From assembly GCA_037439845.1 (NCBI GenBank), contig JBBIVF010000001.1, positions 1,842 through 65,841 on the forward strand: a stretch of 64,000 nucleotides of DNA, written 5' to 3'. This document shows, piece after piece, positions 17,948 through 27,937 of this stretch. The notes below the pieces were generated by a model that did not search any database, was not told the DNA's origin, and worked only from the letters and a program-made list of their open reading frames with translations. Position 1 is the stretch's first letter, and every line of letters begins with the position of its first letter. A program made the translations under genes and the position numbers. The DNA comes from Candidatus Woesearchaeota archaeon (GTDB lineage: Archaea > Nanobdellota > Nanobdellia > Woesearchaeales > JBBIVF01).

Positions 17948-19600
17948 CTATTTCTTTAATAATTCAAAAAATCTGTTCATATCCAATTCAAATGCTGCCA
18001 CTGGATAGAACAATGAGAAGTTCTCTAAAACTTTTGGATGTATCTCTCCTATCATGGCTATTTCTTCATTTTTGAAGAGAACTGAAGCAACTCTTCCTGG
18101 AATAAACGAATCATGCTCTTTTTCCTTAACATCAAATTTCAGTCTGAAACAATCAAAAATATAATCTAAGATTTGTCTTATTTTTGTATAATTAGCATCT
18201 GAAGAGCATAATGTCACTACTAATTTGCTTTTTTCTTCTATTCCTGTTTCGGTTTTTCCATTTTTTGCGAAAACAGTATTTATCTCGAAGATATTTTGTG
18301 GATATTCATTGCTCTTGTTTTTCTCAAGTATCTCTAAATGCGATGGTATAAGCCATGCTCTTAAGACATCATAATCCTTGTTCAATGAGTTAGACAATGG
18401 AATGACATCTATTTTTGAGCACATCCTCTCGCACTGCAGGGCTTTGCTTGTGAGATGATATGAGTTAACTTCAATTAGACCGAGGCCTAGCAATAGCTCA
18501 ACTATTTTTCTTTTGAATATTTCGAATTCAGATTCTTTTCCAACAGTAGAAATATTTGGGATTTCAGGGATGAAATTCTCGAAACCATAAGCAATTGCGA
18601 TGTCCTCTGCAAAATCTATCTGGTGCATTATGTCTGCGCGATAGCAAGGCACTAGAACTTTGTTGTCTTTCATTCCATATCCCATTTTCTCCAACAATTC
18701 TTTTGCCTGTTTCTGATTGAGTTCAAGGCCCAATAACTTATTGATGAACTTAAGGTCAAGCTCTTTTTCTTCAGGAGAAAGCTTGGGTGACAAGACCTTT
18801 TTTTCAGGATAATTCAATATCATCTCATAAACTTGGCCACCCATGTCTGCCAGGGAAGTCACGATTATATTCAATAATTTGCTTAATACTTTGATATCAA
18901 AGCCAGAGCATTCTATAAAAACATCTTTTGTACTCTCGGTAACTTTGCCTGTTTCATGGGAATTTATCAAAGGAGGCATAGATAGTATTTTGCCTGCTGC
19001 ATCTTCGAAAACTGGAAAGAGTTCTTTTCCTTCAAGAAGATGTGCAAATTCCCTGCCAGTTGGATGCTTTTGCAAAATTTCAAGAGCAGTCATCTCTTTT
19101 TCTGCCTCAAGAGGCCTAAACTTTATTTTTTCAGGGGCAAGAGCTTTATAGGTTATTGGAAATTTTATCTTTTCAAGAGGATATATTCCTATTGCTGCTT
19201 TTTTTCTGTTTCTGCAGAAAGTTACATGTAATTTTTCTTGCACTTGGATTATCTCTTTTATTAATGCATCGTCAAATTTTAAATTCTTCACAACAGCGCA
19301 CATAGTATATGGCCTTACTTTAGACACTGACCTGTCTATATTGAGAACATAATTTGATTTTTCCACTTTATATTGCCTTAAGCCAGTTTTCACTCCAATA
19401 AACGAGGAGAATGCACGGGCAAATCCTTGCATTGATAGCATATCCGGCCTGTTCGGAAAGACCTCCACTACAATATCATCTCCTTCTATTTTCTCTAAAT
19501 CTGTACCTAGCATAGATATTCTGTCTTTTAGTTGTTCAATAGGAAGTTTTTTTCCGACGAGTTTTTCAAATTCTGATTTGCTTAATGTTATTGTCGGCAT
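17948..19600 (-). CDS. pheT: Phenylalanyl-tRNA synthetase beta subunit (archaeal type)
   Basis: 550 aa. B3/B4 and B5 domain architecture. Follows pheS with a 1-nt gap. Confidence 0.9.
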   Translation of the reverse strand: MPTITLSKSEFEKLVGKKLPIEQLKDRISMLGTDLEKIEGDDIVVEVFPNRPDMLSMQGFARAFSSFIGVKTGLRQYKVEKSNYVLNIDRSVSKVRPYTMCAVVKNLKFDDALIKEIIQVQEKLHVTFCRNRKKAAIGIYPLEKIKFPITYKALAPEKIKFRPLEAEKEMTALEILQKHPTGREFAHLLEGKELFPVFEDAAGKILSMPPLINSHETGKVTESTKDVFIECSGFDIKVLSKLLNIIVTSLADMGGQVYEMILNYPEKKVLSPKLSPEEKELDLKFINKLLGLELNQKQAKELLEKMGYGMKDNKVLVPCYRADIMHQIDFAEDIAIAYGFENFIPEIPNISTVGKESEFEIFKRKIVELLLGLGLIEVNSYHLTSKALQCERMCSKIDVIPLSNSLNKDYDVLRAWLIPSHLEILEKNKSNEYPQNIFEINTVFAKNGKTETGIEEKSKLVVTLCSSDANYTKIRQILDYIFDCFRLKFDVKEKEHDSFIPGRVASVLFKNEEIAMIGEIHPKVLENFSLFYPVAAFELDMNRFFELLKK

Positions 19601-19601
19601 T

Positions 19602-21135
19602 TTATTTATCCCACTTCTTTATTTCTCTTAATTGCTTGAGGTCGTTTGAGTAGAGGTCCCTTATGTCTGTTATCTGGAAGTATTCCATTAGTTGTCTGTC
19701 AAGACCAGGGCCCCATGCCAATACAGGAACCCATTCTCCTAAAAGAGGCACAACTACTTCTGGTCTGAATATGCCTGCTCCTCCGAGTTCTATCCATTTC
19801 TTATGCACAGGATGAAATACATCTATTTCAACACTGGGTTCTGTATAGGGAAAATGTGCTGGCCTGAATCTTGCCTGAGGATATCCTATTTTTTTAAAAA
19901 ATTCTTTCAAGTAGCCCAAGAGATGCCTGAAATTGGCATTCTTATCCACTACTATGCCCTCAAATTGATTAAACTCAAAAAGATGGCTCCAATCAAGTGT
20001 TTCATTCCTAAAATTCCTGCCTACTGCAAAGAATTTCTTTGGCAGGTCTTTTAATTGCAATGATGCTAATGTTCTTGCACTTAGTACTGTTGTGTGTGTC
20101 CTCAGCACATTTTTTTTTTGCTTCTTCTGGATTCCATTTATATTGCCAGCCTGTGCTTCCTGTTGTTCCGCCATTCTCATGCGCATTCTTGACTCTTTCT
20201 ACAATTTTCTTGTCTGGCAAAATGCCTTTTTCAGGATCTTTGATAAAGAATGTATCTTGCATCTCTCTCACAGGATGGTCTTGGGCTGTAAAAAGAGCAT
20301 CAAAGTTCCAAAAACTTGTTTGAGTATATGCACCATTCATTTCCTCAAAACCAAACTCTAACCAAACTCTTTTGGCATAATCTGCCACATCAAGAACAAA
20401 ATGCCTTTTTGCTCCTGTTATTTTTGGCACATTAATTTTCACATCATATCTTCTGAACTCTTTTCCTTTCCAAGAGCCTGACTTGAGCATTTCTGGAGTA
20501 ACTGCATCAATGATTTCTTTATTTTCAATCTTTTGGCTCAATAATTGTCTGCATATTTCACTGGGAATCGCGATTATTGTCCTTAGTGATGTTTTCTTAA
20601 CTATTGACCTTCTTTTTGATAATTCTGTGAAAGCAAATGTCTGTTCTGGTGTTAAGTATTTTGGATCCACAGGAGATTTAGCAAGCAGGTCAAGAAGCTC
20701 TTCTTCAAATGACCTTTTTGTCAATATCTCTCTACCATAATCAGTTATCTTTATCTTTTTGCTTTCCAAAATTTCTATTGCCATCTTCTTTTTCAGCGTG
20801 CCAATAGAAACTGCTATCTCTTGTTCATTGAGTCCTTTTTTCAAGAGCTCCTCTTGAGTCAATGCTGCTTTTTCAATAGCCTTCAGAAAAACTTTTTCTG
20901 GCAGCCCATTTTTTTGGTATCTTTTTCCATTTTCATCAAGTTCAATAAGCTCTTTCTCCTGTTTTTCTATTTTTATTATTTCCTTGTTCGAGAGCCATTG
21001 CAATGCCCTCATTACTTCTACTTCACTCAGACCTGACTTTTGCTCTAGCTCTTTGACAGAAATCTGTTTAGTGAGATAAGGTAATATTCTTCTTTCAAGA
21101 GGATGCAATGAATTAACAAGTGTTTTGATGTCCAT
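19602..21135 (-). CDS. pheS: Phenylalanyl-tRNA synthetase alpha subunit, interrupted by an apparent 1-nt frameshift at an A10 run (20110-20119)
   Basis: Track ORFs 20008..21135 (N-terminal wHTH domains up to ...WNPEEAKK) and 19602..20186 (...KKNVLRTHTTVLSARTL...FRNE...GAGIFRPEV core) overlap in different frames. Deleting one A from the A10 run gives a continuous WNPEEAKKNVLRTHTT. Confidence 0.8.
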
Positions 21136-21243
21136 CGAGGCCGAATAAGAGAAGTTTATTTATAAAATTTATGTGTTTATAAGAAATAAAAGATGAAAAT
21201 TTTAAATTAAACTTTTAAATTATAAAATTTGAAATTAAAAAAA

Positions 21244-22053
21244 TTATTTGTTAATTGGCTTCATATCCTTCCAGGTCTGGTTGAATATTTCTTCCATTGC
21301 TGAAGCGAAATATGGAGTATTTACCCAGATCCCAACATCATAAGATGGATGCACGTCTTTGTCGTCAGCTATCATAAATATGAGCTCTTTTCCATCCACA
21401 ATAGTAAATCTGGCATCTTTTGGGCCTGCATGTCTTATTTCTGCCACTGAACTCAGTTCTTTAACTACATTTTGTGTTTCTTTTGTTATCGGAGCAGCAA
21501 TCCTTATCTTGACTCCTTTTTTTTTGAGCTTCTCGAAAACTGGCTTCAATGCTTCGGCTTTTCTTATGAGACCTTGTGCAGTTGTTTGCATTGTCACGGA
21601 TTTTTCTGCATTTCTCAAAGTAAGTTCGAGATGATTATAGAGATTGTGTCTTCCTTTCAGGGCTCCAGAGATGTCTGAAGGCTCAATTAATTCTATTCCT
21701 TGATTATGCAATGAATTCAATTCAGCTAGAACTTCTGTTTCTTTCAGATCATCCAGTCTTTTTATCATCTTTTCTGAATCTAGTTTTATATTCTTCTTAA
21801 CCCTCTCTACAACTTCTTCAGGAGGAACTGCGAGATATTTTATCGGCTTGCCTAGTTTTGTCACGCAAAAGCCTTTCTTCTCAAGCGACTCTAGAACATC
21901 ATATGACCTTGACCTTGGAACATTAGCAATGTCAGAAAGCTCTCCTGCTGTTGAAACTCCTCTTGAAAGAAGCGCTGCCCATATCTTTACTTCATATAAA
22001 TTCAAAGAAAAATATCGTCTTAATTTGCTTAAAAATTCTTCTTTAACTATCAT
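21244..22053 (-). CDS. TrmB-family transcriptional regulator
   Basis: N-terminal wHTH LSRGVSTAGELSDIANVPRSRSYDVLESLEKKGF plus a C-terminal TrmB-type effector domain. Paralog of 42437..43240. Confidence 0.75.
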   Translation of the reverse strand: MIVKEEFLSKLRRYFSLNLYEVKIWAALLSRGVSTAGELSDIANVPRSRSYDVLESLEKKGFCVTKLGKPIKYLAVPPEEVVERVKKNIKLDSEKMIKRLDDLKETEVLAELNSLHNQGIELIEPSDISGALKGRHNLYNHLELTLRNAEKSVTMQTTAQGLIRKAEALKPVFEKLKKKGVKIRIAAPITKETQNVVKELSSVAEIRHAGPKDARFTIVDGKELIFMIADDKDVHPSYDVGIWVNTPYFASAMEEIFNQTWKDMKPINK

Positions 22054-22436
22054 TTGAAAACCCTCCCCTTTTTTCTTATTGAAATTTTAAATTTTTGTTT
22101 ATTGCTTTTGCTTTTATGCTACAACTATTAAAATGTTACTGTTATTCACTATAACAAAATACTAATTTTGTATAGTCTATTAAAAAGGTTTAATCTCTCA
22201 AAATTCGCTATTTTTAACCTTAAATTCGATTGACACTACTGAGTAAAAACACTAGTTATTGAGTTTGACTTAATAAACCCCCTTTTTTTGATTTTTTTTA
22301 GAATAACATATATATAAATTTGTTGTTTTCAGATGGTAGTATTAAAAAAATAAAATCAAAAAATCTAGAAAAAAATAATAATTATTAAAAAGATTTTAAA
22401 AAATAAATAAAAAATAAATAAAAAAATAAACCCAAA

Positions 22437-23066
22437 ATGAATCCTGAGAAGATAAAGAAAATAATACAGATTCTTAAAAAAGAGTATCCTAATGCAAGAA
22501 CTTGCTTATATCATGGAAATGCACTTGACCTTCTTGTTGCAACGATATTGTCTGCACAATGCACTGATGAACGAGTAAACAGGGTCACTAAAGTGTTATT
22601 TAAGAAATTTAAAAAAGCCGAAGATTACGCTAAAGTCAAGCAAAATGTGCTTGAGAAATACATATTTAGCACTGGCTTCTACAAGAACAAGGCAAAAAAT
22701 ATCATAGCAATGGCCACGTATCTTGTTAAACAACATGGTGGAAAAGTTCCTGACAGTATGGAAGAGCTTGTCAAAATACCTGGAGTAGGAAGAAAGACTG
22801 CAAATGTGGTGCTGAGTGAATATTTTGGCAAGAATGCTGGTATTGTTGTTGATACCCATGTTGTCAGGTTAAGTCAATTACTTGGACTAACAAAAAATAA
22901 AGACGCCACAAGAATAGAGAAAGACTTAATGAAGATTGTTCCAGAAAAATATTGGGGTGAATTCTCGATGATGCTCATATTGCATGGAAGAAATGTCTGC
23001 ATTGCCAATAGGCCTAAATGCAAGGAATGTAAACTCAACAAATTATGTCCTAGCGCTAAAATTTAA
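22437..23066 (+). CDS. nth: Endonuclease III (HhH-GPD DNA glycosylase with an FeS cluster)
   Basis: LVATILSAQCTDERVN and the HhH motif VPGVGRKTANVVL. C-terminal CIANRPKCKECKLNKLC 4Fe-4S loop. Confidence 0.85.
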   Translation: MNPEKIKKIIQILKKEYPNARTCLYHGNALDLLVATILSAQCTDERVNRVTKVLFKKFKKAEDYAKVKQNVLEKYIFSTGFYKNKAKNIIAMATYLVKQHGGKVPDSMEELVKIPGVGRKTANVVLSEYFGKNAGIVVDTHVVRLSQLLGLTKNKDATRIEKDLMKIVPEKYWGEFSMMLILHGRNVCIANRPKCKECKLNKLCPSAKI

Positions 23067-23753
23067 CTACCATAACTCGTTCTTTATGCGTTCCTTATGT
23101 ATGCCCAGCTCGTTCAAGAGGTTCTTCATAGCTATAACAAAATCTTTCTGGCCGACTATGAAATAAAGAGGTTTGATGAGATGCTTTGTGCATGCTTTTA
23201 TTTTCTCTTTGTCTAATCTTCCTCTTTCTCCTTTCCAATCAGAATCTTGAGGCTCTCTTGTCAGAGTTATATAAACCTTGATATTCTTATTTTTGCTGAA
23301 TTGTTCCAGCTCTTCTCTGAAAATTATATCCTGTTGGTTCTTGCAGGAGTAAAGTACAACAATTTTGTTATTGTAATTATTTGCTAAGATATGGCGGATA
23401 ATGCATAAAAATGGGCTTATACCTGTGCCTGCTGCAATAAAAACTAAGTCATCTTTTGTGTTGTCATATATCATGTTGCCTTTTGGTTTTGTACTTAGAA
23501 CTTTATCTCCAACCTTCATTGCATTCAATCTTCTTGAAAATTCTCCTATTCCTCTTACTGTAATTTCAAGATAGGGATCAGAGGGAGCTGAACTTATGGA
23601 GTAAGCTCTTTGAGTTTCTTTGTCTGAAAATTTTAATATAAGAAATTGACCGGGTTTGAAATTGCACAAATATGGATTTTTCCTGAATCTCAATGAGTAT
23701 GTGTCTTCTGTTCTTTTTATTTTTTCTTGCAGCACTAATTCATACATTTTCAT
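23067..23753 (-). CDS. FAD/NAD(P)-binding oxidoreductase of the ferredoxin-NADP reductase fold
   Basis: RAYSIS FAD motif and GTGISP NAD(P) motif. No C-terminal FeS cysteines. Confidence 0.55.
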   Translation of the reverse strand: MKMYELVLQEKIKRTEDTYSLRFRKNPYLCNFKPGQFLILKFSDKETQRAYSISSAPSDPYLEITVRGIGEFSRRLNAMKVGDKVLSTKPKGNMIYDNTKDDLVFIAAGTGISPFLCIIRHILANNYNNKIVVLYSCKNQQDIIFREELEQFSKNKNIKVYITLTREPQDSDWKGERGRLDKEKIKACTKHLIKPLYFIVGQKDFVIAMKNLLNELGIHKERIKNELW

Positions 23754-24585
23754 ATAAATCCCTCATATAAACAGCATCTTCTTCTATATTCGGGGATTCT
23801 GATATCACTACTCCTTTAATTCTGAAATCTTTCCATACCTTTAATATTACTTGTGTTTTTAGGTCAGATTCTTTTAAAACAAGATGATGCTTTTCGCCTT
23901 TATCTGAATAAGCAATGCCAGACATATGGATATGCATTTGATTTAGAAATTCACGGCCAAGCTCACTTTCAAGGCACTGCATTATTTGCCTGTATCCTTC
24001 TTCATTATTGTTTTTGCCATTGTTTCTTGCGTGTAAATGCGCGAAATCAATGCATGGATAGAGATTTTCTATATCCTGAGAAAGTTTTATGAGTTCTTTA
24101 AGAGAGCCGAATTGGGTTGGTTTGCCTGTTGTTTCTGGCCGAAGCTGTATGCTAATATTATTATTTTTTAGTGTATTTTGAATATCTTTTATTTCTTTCT
24201 TGATATTTTCATAAACTATTTGTGATTGCATATTCAAAAAATAACCTGCATGAAATGTTAATGAAAAAGCGCCAGCCACATCTGCTATTTCTGCTGCATT
24301 AATTATGCGTTGTTTGGATTCTTTTAGGATTTTCTTGTCTGTTGCGTTTAAGTTAATATAATATGGTGCGTGACAAGTGAGAATAATATTATTCTTCTTG
24401 GCTCTCTCCTTTACTATCTCTGCTTTTTCTTTGGTTAAATTAACTGAACGTACAAACTCTAGTTCCATTGCATCCAGCTTGAGTTGCTTGAGGTAATCAA
24501 GACCATCATTTGTTCTGAAGTCGGTTTTTTTCGGTGTATTTATGGGAATTCCTGCTGTTCCGAAAAGTAGTTTGTTGAATTGCAT
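23740..24585 (-). CDS. nfo: Endonuclease IV (AP endonuclease family 2, TIM barrel)
   Basis: HAPYYINL, FHAGYF, IQLRPETTG and IDFAHLHARN match Nfo metal-binding motifs. Overlaps the downstream gene by 14 nt. Confidence 0.8.
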   Translation of the reverse strand: MQFNKLLFGTAGIPINTPKKTDFRTNDGLDYLKQLKLDAMELEFVRSVNLTKEKAEIVKERAKKNNIILTCHAPYYINLNATDKKILKESKQRIINAAEIADVAGAFSLTFHAGYFLNMQSQIVYENIKKEIKDIQNTLKNNNISIQLRPETTGKPTQFGSLKELIKLSQDIENLYPCIDFAHLHARNNGKNNNEEGYRQIMQCLESELGREFLNQMHIHMSGIAYSDKGEKHHLVLKESDLKTQVILKVWKDFRIKGVVISESPNIEEDAVYMRDLYENV

Positions 24586-24586
24586 A

Positions 24587-25765
24587 TTATCTTTTTACCT
24601 TTAAGCTTATTAGCACAAAGAAAAGCATTAATAATCCCATGCCCAAAAATAATATCTCATATGATATAAAAAGCAAAAATGCACCTATTGCTTTGACAAG
24701 GATATTTCCCAGGTCTGAAGAAGTGAGATAGGGGCCATAAAGTCTATGTTCCTCGTGAGTTTTAATGGACTTGAAAAAATATGATTCAAGATTAGGTTCA
24801 ATCATTGCTGCGCCAATGCTCGCAAGTGCAAGAATGATCAATATCAAAGCAGGATTGCCTGACACCAAAGAAATGACAAAGCAACTCAAGACAGAAAGGG
24901 CCAGAATAAAGAACCCAAGAGCGAACATTATTTTATACTTGCTTGAAGTTGTTTTCTTTCCGAAAGTGTATTCAAAGAGAATTAAAGGAAGACAAACTGC
25001 AAATAAAAAATAACCTATATTACTCATTGAATATCCTTGCTTAATCATATATAGCGGGATAAAAAGATATATCATACCCCAGCAACCTGTAATGCCCATT
25101 CTTAACAGATAAACAAGCACCAGCTCTTTTTGCTTGATGAAATTACTAAAATTCATAAATAATGTGTGTCCTTCTTTGTTATTTTTCTCTTTTTCTTTAG
25201 GAGTTACCAGAAACATCTTGAATGCGAAAATAGAAATGACTATAAACATGAACGACATAATGAACACTGAATTGAGAGAATGCTTTTCGGCGATAAATCC
25301 TGCCAAAATAGGCCCTATAAGAAATGCCAAATTAAGCACTGTGAACACAAAGCCTTCGCTTTTGGCTATCTCAGCTATATTTGTCTTATGCCGTACGAGT
25401 ATTCCAAAGGTCTCTAGCTGAAAAACATTCATCACTGTCAAGGCAAATGCCAGTATCATGAAAATATAGATATCTTTATTTATGGCAAACATTAAAGTGA
25501 GAAAAGCATAAAATATTATTGTCGTAAAATAAACATTTCTGGCAGAATATTGCTGGAATATTGGTATAAAATAGAAAAAACAAAAAATAGCGAATATGTT
25601 TGTGGCTGCAGAGAAAAAACCTACATAAGAATCTGAGTTAAGAAATGATTTTGCATAAATTCCCCAGACAGTAGCTATTGAGGCTACTGCTAAAGAAAAA
25701 AAAAACCTGGAAAAAATAAGGTCTGAGATAGGTGCGTTGTGATGAGTTCTGAATGGAGTGAACAT
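24587..25765 (-). CDS. Major facilitator superfamily transporter
   Basis: 392 aa with about 12 hydrophobic helices in a 6+6 arrangement. Confidence 0.55.
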   Translation of the reverse strand: MFTPFRTHHNAPISDLIFSRFFFSLAVASIATVWGIYAKSFLNSDSYVGFFSAATNIFAIFCFFYFIPIFQQYSARNVYFTTIIFYAFLTLMFAINKDIYIFMILAFALTVMNVFQLETFGILVRHKTNIAEIAKSEGFVFTVLNLAFLIGPILAGFIAEKHSLNSVFIMSFMFIVISIFAFKMFLVTPKEKEKNNKEGHTLFMNFSNFIKQKELVLVYLLRMGITGCWGMIYLFIPLYMIKQGYSMSNIGYFLFAVCLPLILFEYTFGKKTTSSKYKIMFALGFFILALSVLSCFVISLVSGNPALILIILALASIGAAMIEPNLESYFFKSIKTHEEHRLYGPYLTSSDLGNILVKAIGAFLLFISYEILFLGMGLLMLFFVLISLKVKR

Positions 25766-25839
25766 AGCTGCTCTTTAAACAACACCATTTATATATATTT
25801 TGGAAAAACATAAATATTGTTATTGCTTTAAACTCAGAT

Positions 25840-26427
25840 ATGAAGTTAAATTTTAAATGCGTTTTATTATTTTTTCTTCTTCTGATTGTTATTTTCAATT
25901 TTGGCTGCAAGAGAATTAAACAAGGTGAAGAAAGCTGTGACATTGACAAGTTAATCAATGATTATGATGGAATTAATATTTATACTCTTGACCTTAGGAA
26001 GATAATTGAATGTGATATTTATGTTGTTCCTAAACTGAGCACGTATGCTGATGATCCTTCAAGAAACAAGAGATATGCTGCAATAATGGGTTTAAGCGCG
26101 ATTGCCAAAGAATATGATATGAAAGAAACTGCAGTAAGTGTATTAAAACAGAAATTGAAAGATCAGGATATTTCAATAAAAATAATTGCTTCTTCTTTGC
26201 TACTCTCTTTTGGAGAGAAAGATGGATTCGATATTCTTATAGATAATATAGACTCTGAAGAAATGCTGAGGCCAAGTGAGCCGCCAATGCCTATATCTCA
26301 GAAATGCCTTGATACATTAAGAATATACACAGGAAAAGATTTTTCAGAAAAATCAGAATGGAGCCTTTGGTATAAAGATAATAAAGAAAAATTGAAATGG
26401 AATGCGCAAGATGAAAAATTCGAATAA
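25840..26427 (+). CDS. Secreted HEAT-repeat lipoprotein
   Basis: Signal peptide with FGCKR lipobox. PBS-lyase/HEAT-like helices (DPSRNKRYAAIMGLSAI, DISIKIIASSLLLSFGE). Overlaps the next gene by 26 nt. Confidence 0.5.
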   Translation: MKLNFKCVLLFFLLLIVIFNFGCKRIKQGEESCDIDKLINDYDGINIYTLDLRKIIECDIYVVPKLSTYADDPSRNKRYAAIMGLSAIAKEYDMKETAVSVLKQKLKDQDISIKIIASSLLLSFGEKDGFDILIDNIDSEEMLRPSEPPMPISQKCLDTLRIYTGKDFSEKSEWSLWYKDNKEKLKWNAQDEKFE

Positions 26428-27937
26428 ATTTTTCATTATCGGTATTTTTGCTATTTTATTCTTGTTTTTACTTCCTAATACTTTGGCAAAAAACAGTTGC
26501 TCAAGAGATGGATGCGAGATAACCATAACAATAAATATGGTCGCGTCTGGAGGAAATCAGGAGACAATTGACAATTGGATAAATGACATAGAAGATGTGT
26601 GGAATGGTCCTGTCCAAGGAGATGGAGCTTCTCCGACATATGGAGAATGCAAATGCCCTGTCAATTTTGAGGTTAATTTCTCTGGTTTTGTTACTACGTG
26701 TAATGGCACCTCAGGAAAATATCATTGCATTGAGATAACGCCAGAAGCTGCCAAGGATGAAGCAGGAGAAACATACAGAGGATATATGGACGGTGTTTCA
26801 AATAATGGCTCTTCCCTGAGAGGATGGTGGAGTTCATCAATGATGAACACTCCTGTAAGAGTTGGTGATGAAACATTTGATACTGTTCATGATGCTGCGC
26901 ATGAAGCAGGACATATGTTGGGGTTGGATGATGACTATGACAAAGAAACAGGAAGATATGGAAATAATATAATGGGAAGAACTTGGGGAGATGATGCCAG
27001 GCCAACACAAGAGCAAATAAATAAAGCTGTTGAAAACAACTGCAAAGAAGAAGAGAGAAAATGCCCTGATGAGTGCTGCTGTCCGAATGGAAATATAGAT
27101 AAGAACAAAGATGAAGAGTGTGACCCGCTTGCATCGCCTCAAGGATGCGGAAAAAATGAAGATTGCGGTTTTGATTGTAAATGCATAAAGAGGCCTTTTT
27201 GCGGAGACGGAAACATAAGTGAAGAAATAGGAGAAGAGTGTGAGCCAGATGCAAAGCCAACTGGATGCAAAGAGGATGAAGAATGCACTGAAGAGTGTTT
27301 GTGCGAGAAAAAACAGGAGAATATTACAATAAATATTACTTCTCCACCAAACAATGCCAAGATATCAGGAGAAGAAACAGTAAGGACTGCTGTGAGCTCT
27401 GTTGAAAAGATAGAAAAAGTGAAATTCTTCCTAGATGATGAGCCGCAATACACTGATTATTCTTTGCCATACAGTTGGACTTTTGATTCTAGGTCATTTG
27501 ATCCAGGAGAATATGTATTAAAAGTTATTGCGTATAGTATTTCTGGAAATACTGCTGAAGATGAGATTGAAATAACAATAGAAGAGCAAAATGAGAGTGA
27601 TGATGGCGGAGGTGGAGGTGGTGGAAGTAACAGAGACAATATTACTGTTTGCGGTAATGGAGAGTGTGCTTTTGAGAGTGGCGAGAATTGCCTGAATTGT
27701 CCTCAAGATTGTGTGTGTGAAGGAATCTGCAATCCTGAAGACGAGATGGCTGATGAAATTGGTTGCGTATATGCTGAAATTGCTTGTGGAAATGGTTTGT
27801 GCGAACCTCAAAATTTTGAAAATTGCCTAACTTGTGTATCTGATTGTATTTGTATTCCGCCGTATTTATGCGACCCTGAGAATGCGTATGCTGATTTAAT
27901 GGGATGTTATGAGCCTTTGCCTCCTACTGCAGGCTAG
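26402..27937 (+). CDS. Secreted Cys-rich multidomain protein with a zincin-like HExxH motif
   Basis: Signal peptide. HEAGHMLGLDDDYD. Repeated Cys-rich modules (KCPDECCCPNGNIDKNKDEECDP; CGDGNISEEIGEECEPDAKPTGC; VCGNGECAFESGENCLNCPQDC; ACGNGLCEPQNFENCLTCVSDC). A beta-rich middle domain and a GGGGGGGS linker. Confidence 0.55.
   Translation: MRKMKNSNKFFIIGIFAILFLFLLPNTLAKNSCSRDGCEITITINMVASGGNQETIDNWINDIEDVWNGPVQGDGASPTYGECKCPVNFEVNFSGFVTTCNGTSGKYHCIEITPEAAKDEAGETYRGYMDGVSNNGSSLRGWWSSSMMNTPVRVGDETFDTVHDAAHEAGHMLGLDDDYDKETGRYGNNIMGRTWGDDARPTQEQINKAVENNCKEEERKCPDECCCPNGNIDKNKDEECDPLASPQGCGKNEDCGFDCKCIKRPFCGDGNISEEIGEECEPDAKPTGCKEDEECTEECLCEKKQENITINITSPPNNAKISGEETVRTAVSSVEKIEKVKFFLDDEPQYTDYSLPYSWTFDSRSFDPGEYVLKVIAYSISGNTAEDEIEITIEEQNESDDGGGGGGGSNRDNITVCGNGECAFESGENCLNCPQDCVCEGICNPEDEMADEIGCVYAEIACGNGLCEPQNFENCLTCVSDCICIPPYLCDPENAYADLMGCYEPLPPTAG

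Noticed and set aside
20039-20361. Plus-strand ORFs 20039..20323 and 20092..20361 across the pheS frameshift region
   Set aside because: They are antisense to the two pheS halves. The real coding signal (LRTHT..., WNPEEAKK) is on the minus strand.
22380-22436. aaaaataaataaaaaataaataaaaaaataaa low-complexity tract upstream of nth
   Set aside because: It is ordinary poly-A/T promoter-region composition for this genome, not a structured repeat.
27601-27630. GGN-rich nucleotide run
   Set aside because: It simply encodes the in-frame GGGGGGGS linker of the secreted protein, not an independent repeat element.
26694-27811. Several minus-strand ORFs (188, 101, 104, 97 aa) inside the Cys-rich secreted protein gene
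   Set aside because: They are His/Ser/Leu-rich shadows of a GA-rich Cys/Glu/Asp-coding plus strand, with no motifs.
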